Positions 25,333 through 35,426 of a stretch of DNA of 64,000 nucleotides are shown here, in pieces. A program made the position numbers and the translations under genes. A model generated the notes under the pieces. The model saw nothing but the letters and a program-made list of their open reading frames with translations, made no database searches and was not told the DNA's origin. Every line of letters starts with the position of its first letter. The stretch's first letter is position 1. Source of the DNA: a virus (lineage: Duplodnaviria; Heunggongvirae; Uroviricota; Caudoviricetes); the IMG/VR virus record IMGVR_UViG_3300010344_001272, positions 11,046-75,045 of that record, one strand, 5' to 3'.

Positions 25333-25919
25333 AAACTTGGCTCCTTATTTTCATAATATTATTATTCTTTGCATTTTTATTAGGATGGATAGGATTTTTA
25401 ATATTAGGAGCATTTACTATAGCATTAATTATTAAACGTATGAAAAAACAAAATCGAATTATTTTAGTTGGACCCACTGCATCAGGAAAAAATTTCATTA
25501 GATCTAAATTTGCCGAAAGGGGATTTAGTTTTGATGTATCATATACAACTCGTGAACCCAGGGAAGGAGAAGAATTTGGAGTCGATTATAATTTTATCTC
25601 CAAGAACGAATTTGAAAAAATGATAAAGGACAATGCCTTTTATGAATGGGTTGAATATAATGGAAACTATTATGGTACTGGTTTATGGGAATTCAAACAT
25701 TCTGATGTATTCATAATGGAAACAGATGGAATTAAACATTTGAAACCAAAGCACAGAAAGAAATCATTAGTAATGTTTGTCAATACTCCTGAAAATGTTC
25801 GAATTGAACGAATGAAGGAAAGAGGATGGGATGATGACAAAATTGCCAATCGTATAAAAACCGACAAAGAAAAATTTGATAATTTTACAGATTTTGATTT
25901 GCAAATTCAATCGATATGA
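25329..25919 (+). CDS. gmk: guanylate kinase-like nucleoside monophosphate kinase with N-terminal membrane anchor
   Basis: P-loop GPTASGKN, SYTTREPREGEEFGVDYNFIS ... YYGT signature. Confidence 0.65.
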   Translation: MKTWLLIFIILLFFAFLLGWIGFLILGAFTIALIIKRMKKQNRIILVGPTASGKNFIRSKFAERGFSFDVSYTTREPREGEEFGVDYNFISKNEFEKMIKDNAFYEWVEYNGNYYGTGLWEFKHSDVFIMETDGIKHLKPKHRKKSLVMFVNTPENVRIERMKERGWDDDKIANRIKTDKEKFDNFTDFDLQIQSI

Positions 25920-26491
25920 ATGTTGCTATCTATGGTGGTGCATTTAATCCCATCACCTTAGCACATATACAAGTAATTCAGGCTGTTTTAAATCATGGGT
26001 TTGATGAAATTTGGATAACTCCAACATTTAAACACAGATTTAATAAGATGATGGAATCGTCTGATCACAGATTAAAAATGTGTGAAATTGTAGCTGAAAC
26101 AGATAAACGAATTCGTGTGTTTGACTATGAAATTAAACATCAGCTTTCAAATGGAACATATGATTTCATAAATCGATTAAAACAAGAAAAAGAATTAAAT
26201 CATAACTTTAGCATGGTTATTGGTTTAGATAATGCAAATATTTTTGATAAATGGGCCAATAGTGAATTACTTAAAAAAGCTATTCCGTTTGTTGTAATTT
26301 CTAGACCAGGATATGAAGTCATTCCTAATTCTTGGTATTTAAATGCACCACATATTTTTATACAAACGGATGTCATTAATGTTTCTTCAACAGTAGTTAG
26401 AGAATTAATAAAGAGAGATATAGATGCTTCTAAAAAATTCCTGTTATATGATGTTTGGGAGTATATATTAAATAATAATCTTTACTTATGA
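25916..26491 (+). CDS. nicotinate/nicotinamide mononucleotide adenylyltransferase
   Basis: IYGGAFNPITLAHIQ nucleotidyltransferase (H/T)xGH-type motif, length 191 aa. Confidence 0.6.
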   Translation: MNVAIYGGAFNPITLAHIQVIQAVLNHGFDEIWITPTFKHRFNKMMESSDHRLKMCEIVAETDKRIRVFDYEIKHQLSNGTYDFINRLKQEKELNHNFSMVIGLDNANIFDKWANSELLKKAIPFVVISRPGYEVIPNSWYLNAPHIFIQTDVINVSSTVVRELIKRDIDASKKFLLYDVWEYILNNNLYL

Positions 26492-27024
26492 TACATCCTA
26501 TAGTAACATATGGAAGTGATTTATTAACTCAGAAATCTGGAGAAATTCCAAGAAATTTTCCAAACATTCATGAGTTGATAGATGACATGTTTGAAACCAT
26601 GCATAAAGCTAATGGTGTAGGATTATCAGCTATTCAAATCGGAATTCCATTACGAATTTTTGTCATTGAAGTAACTCGTCAACGTGCCGATGATTTTGGT
26701 TTTAGAGGTATATTTATAAATCCATACATTCGAAAAGAATTTGGAGATAAAGTAAAATTTACCGAAGGATGCCTTTCCGTTCCCCTTATTACCGCTATGG
26801 TAGAAAGAAGTGCCGAAATAGAATTAGAATATTATGATGAATATTGGAAACATCATGTTCATAAATTTGATGGAATGGCAGCAAGAATAATTCAACATGA
26901 ATATGATCACTTAGAAGGCATAATTTATGTTGAAAGATTAAACTCCCTTTGGAAAGAGGCACTTAAAAATCCATTACAAGAAATTAAAGAAAAGAAGTTC
27001 GAAGTCAATTATTTAATAAAATAG
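26488..27024 (+). CDS. def: peptide deformylase
   Basis: GVGLSAIQIG, EGCLSVP, QHEYDHLEG motifs. Confidence 0.8.
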   Translation: MIHPIVTYGSDLLTQKSGEIPRNFPNIHELIDDMFETMHKANGVGLSAIQIGIPLRIFVIEVTRQRADDFGFRGIFINPYIRKEFGDKVKFTEGCLSVPLITAMVERSAEIELEYYDEYWKHHVHKFDGMAARIIQHEYDHLEGIIYVERLNSLWKEALKNPLQEIKEKKFEVNYLIK

Positions 27025-27096
27025 TTGGAAAAAATTTTTTGTTTTCGTTTTTTTGTTTATATTAGCAAAAATTATTAACGAACAAATCACACAATT

Positions 27097-27645
27097 ATGA
27101 AAGGAAAACTTATTGCTTTAGGTGTAGTTTTAATCCTCGGAATCGGAATTGCTATTTGGGCTATCGGAGTTTCGAATGATGAAAAACGCCTGGTTAACAA
27201 AATGGATGCACAGAAAGAAGTGATCGGCCTTTACTTCGACAAAATGTGGAAAATCCTGAAAGAGAAAGCTGGTGTTGCTGATGCAGCCAAAGAAGCTTTC
27301 AAAGAAATCTATGTACCCCTTATTGAAGGCCGATATTCCCAGGGTGATGGTACTCTTATGAAGTGGATTACCGAACAGAATCCAACATTTGATTTATCAC
27401 TTTATAAAGATGTCCAGAATTCCATTGAAACAGAACGTAATGGCTTTTTTGTCGAACAGGCAAAAATGACCGACATGAACCGGGAACATGAAAATATGCG
27501 CGATTTATTTCCTCGCAGCATTATCTGTGGAAAACGCCCGGCTTATGATTATACACCGATTACATCCGCTTTGACCAAAGAAGTTCAGCGCACGGGTGAA
27601 GAAAATGATATAGAGTTATTCCCCAAGAAAGATGGAAGCAAGTAA
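27097..27645 (+). CDS. LemA family membrane protein
   Basis: N-terminal TM, overall LemA layout, C-terminal FPRSIICG matching LemA FPGSIFAG. Confidence 0.5.
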   Translation: MKGKLIALGVVLILGIGIAIWAIGVSNDEKRLVNKMDAQKEVIGLYFDKMWKILKEKAGVADAAKEAFKEIYVPLIEGRYSQGDGTLMKWITEQNPTFDLSLYKDVQNSIETERNGFFVEQAKMTDMNREHENMRDLFPRSIICGKRPAYDYTPITSALTKEVQRTGEENDIELFPKKDGSK

Positions 27646-27841
27646 ATTTGTCTCAAAATACTGTCAGGGAGAAAAATGTGGTATGTGTTGGGGCCAGGAG
27701 CATAAACTGGTCCCAGCTACCCACAAAGTTCAAGAAACACTTTTCGATGATGACCCTCTCAAAGAAAGACATGAACTAACACAATATGTTTGTGACCGAC
27801 ATTTCAGAAGTATCTTTGGAACACCAAAACAAAACGCTTAA
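27632..27841 (+). CDS. small zinc-finger protein
   Basis: CQGEKCGMC ... C..H. Confidence 0.3.
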   Translation: MEASKFVSKYCQGEKCGMCWGQEHKLVPATHKVQETLFDDDPLKERHELTQYVCDRHFRSIFGTPKQNA

Positions 27842-29107
27842 ATGCTTATCTACCTAACACTCCTCATTCCAATATTTACCACATTTGGATTTTACATCTT
27901 CTTCAAACACAAGTTTAGATGGTGGGAATTCTTCATTCCAATTGCTTGTACTCTGATCGTTATCGTTATAACCAAATTAATTTTCGACACATCAAATCTA
28001 AAATTTGACGAGTGGTGGGGTTCTACTGTTGTAGAAGTATACGAAGAAGAACCATACAATGAATGGCATCATCAGACTTGTACACGTTCGGTTCCTTGTG
28101 GTACGGATAGTGATGGAAATACAGAATATTGTGATGAAACATATGATTGTTCTCATCAAGATGATTATGGTCCATCATGGTATATGGAAACTAACATTGG
28201 TGAACGAGTTTATATAACTGAGGCCGAATATGAACACATGAAGGCTTTATGGGGAACACCAAAGATAACCATTAAACAAATTAAAAATCATTCCCCAAGA
28301 GATTGGGCTGTTGGTTCTAAAGGAACTAAATTTGAAGGGCAGAGGGTTGGCCAGGTTTCTCATTTTTATAAATGCGAATGGAATAATGTTGATTTGACAA
28401 GGGTTCCATTTGTTTCTCGAAGAGTTTATGAAAACCGTGTAAAAGCTTCTGACTTATCAGTTTTCAATATTTCTATTGTAAAGGAAAAGGATGCTGACAG
28501 TTTAAAATTATTCAAATATCCTGAAAAGGGGCCAAGAGGAAACGATGGACTTTATTTTCCAACAATACTCGGGGGAAATGTTTCCGAAGATGTTCACCAA
28601 CGATTCCGTCAGCTAAATGGAAAATTTGGGGTGTCAGATTCCCTGCGTCTTTGGATTCTTATATTTCCAAGCGGCACTCCAGAAGTGAATGCCTCATATC
28701 AAGAAAACTACTGGGTCAAGGGAAATAAAAATGAAATAGTTGTATGTCTAAGTTTGAATAAGGATAATACCCTGCAATGGGTTCATACATTTTCATGGGG
28801 AATGCCTACAGGAATTGCCGAATCTTCAAAAATGCAAGCTATTTCTATTGATACACTTGATAACAAAGGGATGATGGAATATGCTGATTGGTTTGATAAA
28901 AACTTGCATATTTATAAACAAAGAGATTTTAATAAGGAATTTTCTTACATAAAATTAAAGCCAACGGTACCATCTATCATAACTATTATTATATTAGCAC
29001 TGTTAACCTCTATTGGAACCAACATATGGGCCATTAAAAATGAAATTGACGATGAAGAAACAGATCATAGCAATAAGCACTCATTCATTCATAGACGTTA
29101 TTACTAA
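27842..29107 (+). CDS. large membrane protein (two N-terminal and one C-terminal TM helices), LemA-partner-like
   Basis: topology typical of the membrane proteins encoded next to lemA genes. Confidence 0.4.
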   Translation: MLIYLTLLIPIFTTFGFYIFFKHKFRWWEFFIPIACTLIVIVITKLIFDTSNLKFDEWWGSTVVEVYEEEPYNEWHHQTCTRSVPCGTDSDGNTEYCDETYDCSHQDDYGPSWYMETNIGERVYITEAEYEHMKALWGTPKITIKQIKNHSPRDWAVGSKGTKFEGQRVGQVSHFYKCEWNNVDLTRVPFVSRRVYENRVKASDLSVFNISIVKEKDADSLKLFKYPEKGPRGNDGLYFPTILGGNVSEDVHQRFRQLNGKFGVSDSLRLWILIFPSGTPEVNASYQENYWVKGNKNEIVVCLSLNKDNTLQWVHTFSWGMPTGIAESSKMQAISIDTLDNKGMMEYADWFDKNLHIYKQRDFNKEFSYIKLKPTVPSIITIIILALLTSIGTNIWAIKNEIDDEETDHSNKHSFIHRRYY

Positions 29108-29543
29108 CAGTTCTTCCGAATTGTTCGTATTAGGTGACGCTAAGTCTATTGAGGCTGTAAAAGAATTACTTCAGGTAATGCTTGACCATTGGAATCAAAT
29201 GGCTGTTCAAGGTATTTTTGGTTCTCATTATGTCACTAATGAAAGGTATTCTTTAGCTTCGAACGAAAAAGCTGAATACAAACCTATCAAAAATTGGAAT
29301 GACACTTTTGGCAATGTTTACATTTATACTGAAGACAGGTACAATGCAGATATGGCTGAAATGGAAAGATTTAATAAACAATATCCTAATCGGGATTATG
29401 AACCTGGATGGGGATATGAAAAGAAAGAAAACATCGGCAAGATTTTTATTGAAAGCGAAAGTGATAATTCAATTCCACATGAAATGTTTGAATGGATTGA
29501 ATCTGCTTTCGGTTATCACACTCAAAGATACCACTTAGGATAA
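29052..29543 (+). CDS. IDVITNSSTE(L/I)F-motif family protein
   Basis: ISTHSFIDVITNSSSELFVLG; start chosen at MKKQ to limit overlap with upstream gene. Confidence 0.4.
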   Translation: MKKQIIAISTHSFIDVITNSSSELFVLGDAKSIEAVKELLQVMLDHWNQMAVQGIFGSHYVTNERYSLASNEKAEYKPIKNWNDTFGNVYIYTEDRYNADMAEMERFNKQYPNRDYEPGWGYEKKENIGKIFIESESDNSIPHEMFEWIESAFGYHTQRYHLG

Positions 29544-29824
29544 TGGCAACGCAATTAACAACTAAACAAGAATTCATCGATCTCCTTAGTAAGGAAATCA
29601 AAGATGATGAAGTAATTCTTTTTACCACTGAATTTGATGGCCAAGCATATGCAGCCTCAAGTAGAAATCCATACATACGACTTCCGTTTGCTTTTTCGGG
29701 AGATGCGTTAAAAGAATCTCAGGGATTAAATCATATTCTCAAAAATGCTATATTTGCTGCGATGATTGTCCCGAAAGAAAAACTGACTGATGCAGCAATT
29801 GAATTATTAAATTCTAAAAAATGA
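29543..29824 (+). CDS. hypothetical protein
   Basis: 93-aa ORF. Confidence 0.3.
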   Translation: MATQLTTKQEFIDLLSKEIKDDEVILFTTEFDGQAYAASSRNPYIRLPFAFSGDALKESQGLNHILKNAIFAAMIVPKEKLTDAAIELLNSKK

Positions 29825-30273
29825 AAATAAAAATTCCACTTCATTCCACAACGGATTTGATTACCAATTCATCCACTGTTATTTTTACATACAGTGAGAA
29901 TTCGGTAGGAGCTCTCAAAGAAATGATTGATGAGCTGTTTAAAACTTTCGGTATTGAAAAAACATGTGAAGATGTTTTTGATACTGTGATTACTTGTGAA
30001 GATTCTTGGCCTTATGAAGAATATGCCCGAGAAAATGAAATTGAAGGAGTAAACATTGATGAAATTGATCAATTGCTCAAAGATGTTACAGCCGGAAAAA
30101 CTCCAAAACCTGAATGGTTTAACGATGCTGAAAAAACAGAATCTTGTTGTGATTATTACACACCTACAACGATTTTGTCTCTTATTCCAAAATCGGCGGA
30201 GTATGAAAGACTTGGAAGCTTAGTCGAAAACTTTTTATATTCACCCAATCACGAAGCAACAAGAGATGGATAA
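29821..30273 (+). CDS. IDVITNSSTE(L/I)F-motif family protein
   Basis: IPLHSTTDLITNSSTVIFTYS. Confidence 0.4.
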   Translation: MKIKIPLHSTTDLITNSSTVIFTYSENSVGALKEMIDELFKTFGIEKTCEDVFDTVITCEDSWPYEEYARENEIEGVNIDEIDQLLKDVTAGKTPKPEWFNDAEKTESCCDYYTPTTILSLIPKSAEYERLGSLVENFLYSPNHEATRDG

Positions 30274-30751
30274 AGTTATCAAAATTCCCGTACATTCTCA
30301 GATTGATGTAATTACAAATTCATCAACAGAGATATTCGTTCATAGTGAAAATTCTATTGAACCGGCCCGCGAACTGTTGGCTGAACTTCTAAAAATGGAT
30401 GGTTCAGACAAGAAAGTTGATGATGTATTCGAAATATCTACCAGAATGGAAGAATGGAATCTGGAGCAGATGATCGAGTATGGAAGTGAAGATATCGATT
30501 CTGACGAACTTCAGGAAGAACTTGGTATCGATCCGAAATTGCCCTACAAAGAAAAGGAAAAGGAAATTAAAAGGGTTGTCAAAGAAATAATGGACGGAAC
30601 CCGCTCTGTACCTGAAGTACTTGAAGATTATGATTCAGGGATTCAGACATTTTTGGTGGTTAAATCAAAAGACCCCAAATATGATAAGTTCCTTGATCTC
30701 CTGGTTAAACTGGTTTATTCACCTGATTGGTATGAATACAGCAACAACTAA
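30266..30751 (+). CDS. IDVITNSSTE(L/I)F-motif family protein
   Basis: IPVHSQIDVITNSSTEIFVHS. Confidence 0.4.
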   Translation: MDKVIKIPVHSQIDVITNSSTEIFVHSENSIEPARELLAELLKMDGSDKKVDDVFEISTRMEEWNLEQMIEYGSEDIDSDELQEELGIDPKLPYKEKEKEIKRVVKEIMDGTRSVPEVLEDYDSGIQTFLVVKSKDPKYDKFLDLLVKLVYSPDWYEYSNN

Positions 30752-31073
30752 AATAAAACTCGGAACGATTCAAGTACATAGCGTCATAGACGTTATTACG
30801 AATTCTTCTACGGAAATCTTTTGCACTGTTGAAGGAAAAACCGAAGAAGCTATTCAAAAAGTCATAGACAAGATTTTAAAAGATTTTGACTGTGAGTGTT
30901 TGAAGAATGGAGATTTCGGAATGTATGTACAAGAACATTGGGATTATAAAGATGACCACGAAGTTCTCGTTAAAGGGAAATTCGATATCTATTATAATTA
31001 TGGATGTAAACCGTGCAAAATGATTTATGAAGAACTCAAAAAACGTTTCTCAGTCATTAATTTTAACGACTAA
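30732..31073 (+). CDS. IDVITNSSTE(L/I)F-motif family protein
   Basis: IQVHSVIDVITNSSTEIFCTV; internal ATG start. Confidence 0.4.
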   Translation: MNTATTKIKLGTIQVHSVIDVITNSSTEIFCTVEGKTEEAIQKVIDKILKDFDCECLKNGDFGMYVQEHWDYKDDHEVLVKGKFDIYYNYGCKPCKMIYEELKKRFSVINFND

Positions 31074-31085
31074 ATATACAGAAAT

Positions 31086-31361
31086 ATGTTGATACAACTA
31101 TGCATTGAACTGATCGTACTGTTAATAGCAATTTACTACATAACAGTTGTGATTCATTTCCTTGGATTTAACATCTTTAAGGGAAAGAAAATTGAATTTG
31201 GGAAAGCATTTATTCCCTTCTACGCGTGGATTACCAGAAATATAAATGAAGGAAATCCTGAGAACTTCGAAGACGACATTCCGGAAGAAAAACCTAAAGG
31301 GCCGGAAATTAAAACAACAACTAAAAAAACAACAAGTAAACGTAACATTAAAAACAAATAA
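31086..31361 (+). CDS. small membrane protein with K-rich tail
   Basis: 91 aa. Confidence 0.3.
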   Translation: MLIQLCIELIVLLIAIYYITVVIHFLGFNIFKGKKIEFGKAFIPFYAWITRNINEGNPENFEDDIPEEKPKGPEIKTTTKKTTSKRNIKNK

Positions 31362-31363
31362 AA

Positions 31364-32501
31364 ATGACAAACAGAAAAATTATTCTCGCGATTGCCTTTG
31401 GAGTATTGGCAGTAATTTTTATCTTCCTTGCAGGAGGAATTTTTGAAACTAACCAGGCTGGTTATTTCCAGGTGAAGCAGGCTGCTTTTACTGGAAAAAT
31501 GACCGTTCGTCTCAACCCAGGAACCTATTTCCAGTGGTTCACATCGCGGTGATGGAAGTGCTGACATCGATGCAGTTCCTGTAATATTTAATGACGGTTC
31601 GAAAGCCGTTATATCTGGACTTATTCGTGTTAAATTGCCTTCAACATCAGAAAGTGCTATTCATCTTAAAAACGAATATGCTGGTGGGTTTGACCATTTT
31701 ATTAATTCAGGCGTTGTTCCTATTGTAAATAACGCTATTAAACTTGCCGCTAACCTACGTTCAGCCCAGGATGCTTATACCACACTTGCTCTATTCCAAC
31801 AGGCGGTTGAAGACCAGCTTAAAAATGGTATATATGTAACCAAATCTGATAAAGTAACTATTACCAGAAGTACAGGTGATACAGAAGAACAGCGTATTAC
31901 AGCTATTGTTTATGGACCAGACGGTAATCCTCTTCGAATGGAGAACCGACTTCAGCAGTTAGGATGTGAAGTTCTTGAATGTGTTATAGATGTTCCATCA
32001 TTTGATGCAAAAGTTGAAGAAATGATTGCCAAACGTAAAGATGAAGCTATGAAAACAGAACTTGCAAAGCAGGAAGCTATTCGCGCACAACAGGATGCTC
32101 TTACTGCAGAACAGCAGGGTCTTGCTAACGTTGCCAAAGCTAAATACGAAAAAGAAGTTGAAAAGGTTCAGGCTGTTACTCAGGCACAGAAAGAATTTGA
32201 GGTTGCTCAGCTTCAGGCCAAAAGGGAAGAGCAGAATAAACTCGCTAAAATCTATGAAGGTCAGGGTATTGCTGAATTCAACCGTTTGAAAGTCCAGGCC
32301 GGTCTTACTCCTCAGGAAAAAATGGAATGGGAATATAAGACCAAAGTTGGTGTTGCAGCTGAATTAGCTAAAGCACAGCCAGGAGCATTCGTTCCAAGTG
32401 TTATGGTTGCCAGCGGCAGTGGAAATGGTGTCAATGCCATGGATGCTGTTGGTATCAACATGCTTTTGGACGTCATGAACAAAATGGACACTAAGAAGTA
32501 A
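31364..32501 (+). pseudogene. SPFH/band-7 (HflK/C-like) gene split by a frameshift near 31540
   Basis: TM plus NPGTYFQWF in frame A; frame B continues IDAVPVIFNDGSKAVISGLIRVKL and a long coiled-coil tail. Confidence 0.5.
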
Positions 32502-32512
32502 TTATTACCATT

Positions 32513-32791
32513 ATGTATAGAGAAAACGAAATTTACAAGATCGTACGGAACGAGTCGGAATCTGAAACTCAAAGAGGGAGGAAACCATCATCGTTCAGAA
32601 CAAAAGTTGACAAGACTTTAGGTTCAATGAACAGAAATGAATCCTTTACGGTTTGGAACAAGGTTGGAATGACCAATGTTGAACTCCAGAAAGTGCTTAG
32701 CAGCTATGCTTGCATGTATGGAAATAAAACAGGAAGACGGTTTACTACCAAGAAGTACAAACACGGAGTAAAAGTTTCGCGGGTCTGGTAA
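32513..32791 (+). CDS. hypothetical protein
   Basis: 92-aa ORF. Confidence 0.3.
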   Translation: MYRENEIYKIVRNESESETQRGRKPSSFRTKVDKTLGSMNRNESFTVWNKVGMTNVELQKVLSSYACMYGNKTGRRFTTKKYKHGVKVSRVW

Positions 32792-32808
32792 GATTCTTGT
32801 GAAAATAA

Positions 32809-32846
32809 ATCCCTCTAGATTTTTTATTTAGAGGGTTTTTTTTTAT
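32809..32846 (+). terminator. Rho-independent terminator
   Basis: CCCTCTA ... TAGAGGG followed by T9. Confidence 0.6.
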
Positions 32847-32848
32847 AT

Positions 32849-33103
32849 TTGTATTCTATGGACGAAGTTGAAAAAATATACGATCAGTCATTTGACAAAT
32901 ACTATAGCCGTTACGGTACTATTTGGGAAACATGGAGTTGGGAACATTGGCCATTTGGACCAGGACGATCACAAAAAGTTAAAGACCGCATTAAGGAATT
33001 ATTGGAACAGGGATATAGAGTGAAATGCGGATATGCTGCTACAAAGATAAGAAACGTACATGATAGATTTATATTCTATAAACCAAAAACCAAACTTAAA
33101 TGA
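32849..33103 (+). CDS. hypothetical protein
   Basis: 84-aa ORF. Confidence 0.3.
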   Translation: MYSMDEVEKIYDQSFDKYYSRYGTIWETWSWEHWPFGPGRSQKVKDRIKELLEQGYRVKCGYAATKIRNVHDRFIFYKPKTKLK

Positions 33104-33996
33104 TAAAAACACGCGTTTTTCCTGAACACAACTACAAAGCCATTCATATTAATGGCAAAACAATTCGTATTGCTCTTAACCCTAAGATGCCTATTGATGA
33201 ACTAAGTTATCCTGAATTCTATGATGTAAAGGTAACACCATATTGCGAAGGAAACTGTCCCTATTGTTACCAGAATAGCCTGGATTCTAACGATCATCCT
33301 AAGGATATTATCAAAAGGTTTCTTGCTTTCTTCAGTCCTATGAATGAGAATCAAAAGCCTTTTCAAATTGCTTTCGGGGGTGGCGAACCAACAACTCATC
33401 CTGATTTTGCCGAACTTATGAAAGTTTGTTTTGATATGGGCATCATGCCTAATTATACTACAAACGGAATGTGGGTAAATTTCGATGAAAATCACAAAAA
33501 CAAACTAATTTCATATACCAAAGAATATTGTGGTGGTGTGGCAGTTTCAACACATCCTCATCTACACAGGTTTTGGGAAGAAGCAACCAATATTTACATC
33601 AAAGAAAACATCTTCACAAATCTCCATATAATAATTGGAGACAGATATTCTATTGATGAATTTTCAAGAGTTTACAAATTGTACAAAGGATTCGTCAAAT
33701 ATTTTGTTTTGCTTCCACTTACAGCACAAGGAAGAGCAACCGAATCATTTGTCGATTGGGAATATTTCAAGGATAAAATTGATGGAAGCCCAGCTGATAT
33801 AGCATTTGGCGCTAATTTTTATCCTTATCTTTGTAAGGACCCTCATAGATTTACTGTTTCACTTTATGAACCAGAAATCATGTCTGCTTATCTTGATTTG
33901 GAAGATATGAAAGTTTACAAATCAAGTTTTAGTTCATGCGAGAAGAAAGTTGGAGATTCAAAATTTCAGGAGGTAGTATGTCAATCGGTCAAATAA
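33100..33996 (+). CDS. radical SAM enzyme
   Basis: CEGNCPYC CxxxCxxC cluster and GGGEP motif. Confidence 0.6.
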   Translation: MIKTRVFPEHNYKAIHINGKTIRIALNPKMPIDELSYPEFYDVKVTPYCEGNCPYCYQNSLDSNDHPKDIIKRFLAFFSPMNENQKPFQIAFGGGEPTTHPDFAELMKVCFDMGIMPNYTTNGMWVNFDENHKNKLISYTKEYCGGVAVSTHPHLHRFWEEATNIYIKENIFTNLHIIIGDRYSIDEFSRVYKLYKGFVKYFVLLPLTAQGRATESFVDWEYFKDKIDGSPADIAFGANFYPYLCKDPHRFTVSLYEPEIMSAYLDLEDMKVYKSSFSSCEKKVGDSKFQEVVCQSVK

Positions 33997-34253
33997 TTTA
34001 TGGCATTGGAACATCTGCACTAATATCATTTCCTATAGCACTGGCATGTTGGAAATTTTTTAAATGGAAATTAGATACATGCACAACTATCGGAGCTGCA
34101 GCTTTTGGCGGAACTATTAGCTTTTTTGGATTTAACATCATAGCTAAATGGCCATTATGGCTTCTTACACTAGCAGCAATAATGATATATGTTATTGTTC
34201 AAAGAATTGCACTTGATCATATAGATAAAATTTATGGCAAAAAAGAAAGTTAA
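33978..34253 (+). CDS. small membrane protein
   Basis: RBS AGGAGG then MSIGQIIYGIG..., three hydrophobic helices. Confidence 0.35.
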   Translation: MSIGQIIYGIGTSALISFPIALACWKFFKWKLDTCTTIGAAAFGGTISFFGFNIIAKWPLWLLTLAAIMIYVIVQRIALDHIDKIYGKKES

Positions 34254-34710
34254 AACTTGTCAGGAATTAGTTGATTCTTGGGAAGAAAAGATGGAGAAAG
34301 GTCTAACGAATAGACCACGCATCGTATTAAACAGGATTAAAACTCCTGATGGAACAATAATAACTTCTTATCATGTTCATGATTATGTTACCCATTTGGA
34401 CAAAAATGGTAAAGAATACATGGTTGATGGAGGTTTAGATTATCTTCGTAGAAATGTTCATGAGGATGCTCCTTATGAAGAAATGTCAGTCACAACCGAA
34501 GCTCCATTTGAACAGGTTCGTGAATCAATGCATTGGGGGACTTTTGGTAAAAAAGGAGATCAACCATTGAGATATGTTACAGTCAGCCAAATGACTGATG
34601 GACATATCAACGCTATTCTTGATCAGGAAATGGGTGCAGCTTGGGTTCGTGATATTCTTTCTGAAGAATTGAAATACCGAAGAAAAAAAGGAATAACCAT
34701 AACAGATTAA
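34234..34710 (+). CDS. hypothetical protein
   Basis: 158-aa ORF. Confidence 0.35.
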   Translation: MAKKKVKTCQELVDSWEEKMEKGLTNRPRIVLNRIKTPDGTIITSYHVHDYVTHLDKNGKEYMVDGGLDYLRRNVHEDAPYEEMSVTTEAPFEQVRESMHWGTFGKKGDQPLRYVTVSQMTDGHINAILDQEMGAAWVRDILSEELKYRRKKGITITD

Positions 34711-34713
34711 AAT

Positions 34714-34965
34714 ATGAAAAAAAGTAATGTTGTTGAATTCAGCGAGTTACTGGAACATGCTGAAACATTAGGATATAAATGGAATGACGCTTGTGGTTTT
34801 CTTGATGGTGTTCGCCCTCAATATGAGGTCCACACAACCGAATTAAGATTAAGTGAGGAGAATGAATGGAGAGAAGAATTTGAGTGGGATGAAAAGGCTA
34901 TTGAGGTTATTAAATCATTCATGAAGAAAAATAAAGTGAATGAAATAACAGTTGTTGATGATTAA
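34714..34965 (+). CDS. hypothetical protein
   Basis: 83-aa ORF. Confidence 0.3.
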   Translation: MKKSNVVEFSELLEHAETLGYKWNDACGFLDGVRPQYEVHTTELRLSEENEWREEFEWDEKAIEVIKSFMKKNKVNEITVVDD

Positions 34966-35413
34966 GGACATCTTAAAACCGAAGCCAATTGATAATATAA
35001 TCGATGATTTATTAAGGCCTTCGTATGTCAAAAATGATGCAAACACTATCCTATCATTAATTGATAAAAAGGAAATTCTAATTCCAATTATCGAACACGA
35101 GTCCTTTAAGTCTAGAATTATTTTAGAACAACTTTTTTCTAAATGTTGTACTGATGATAGGCACATTGAGTTGACTAAAATAATTATGAAAAAACAACTC
35201 ATTGATTTGTCCGATAATAATAACAGATTTCTAAGAGTCGCATATCATCATAATAGTTTTGACACAATTAGATTGTTATTGAACCAAGAAAGTGTCAAAT
35301 CTAAATTAACTGTAATTCAAAAAAGAGCTTTGCGTGCCTATATTTTAATAGGACAAGAACCATTAATTGATAAACCAACTGCAACTAGATTGATATTTGA
35401 ATCCGATATATAG
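34952..35413 (+). CDS. hypothetical protein
   Basis: 153-aa ORF. Confidence 0.3.
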   Translation: MLMIKDILKPKPIDNIIDDLLRPSYVKNDANTILSLIDKKEILIPIIEHESFKSRIILEQLFSKCCTDDRHIELTKIIMKKQLIDLSDNNNRFLRVAYHHNSFDTIRLLLNQESVKSKLTVIQKRALRAYILIGQEPLIDKPTATRLIFESDI

Positions 35414-35426
35414 ATAAAACGGATTT

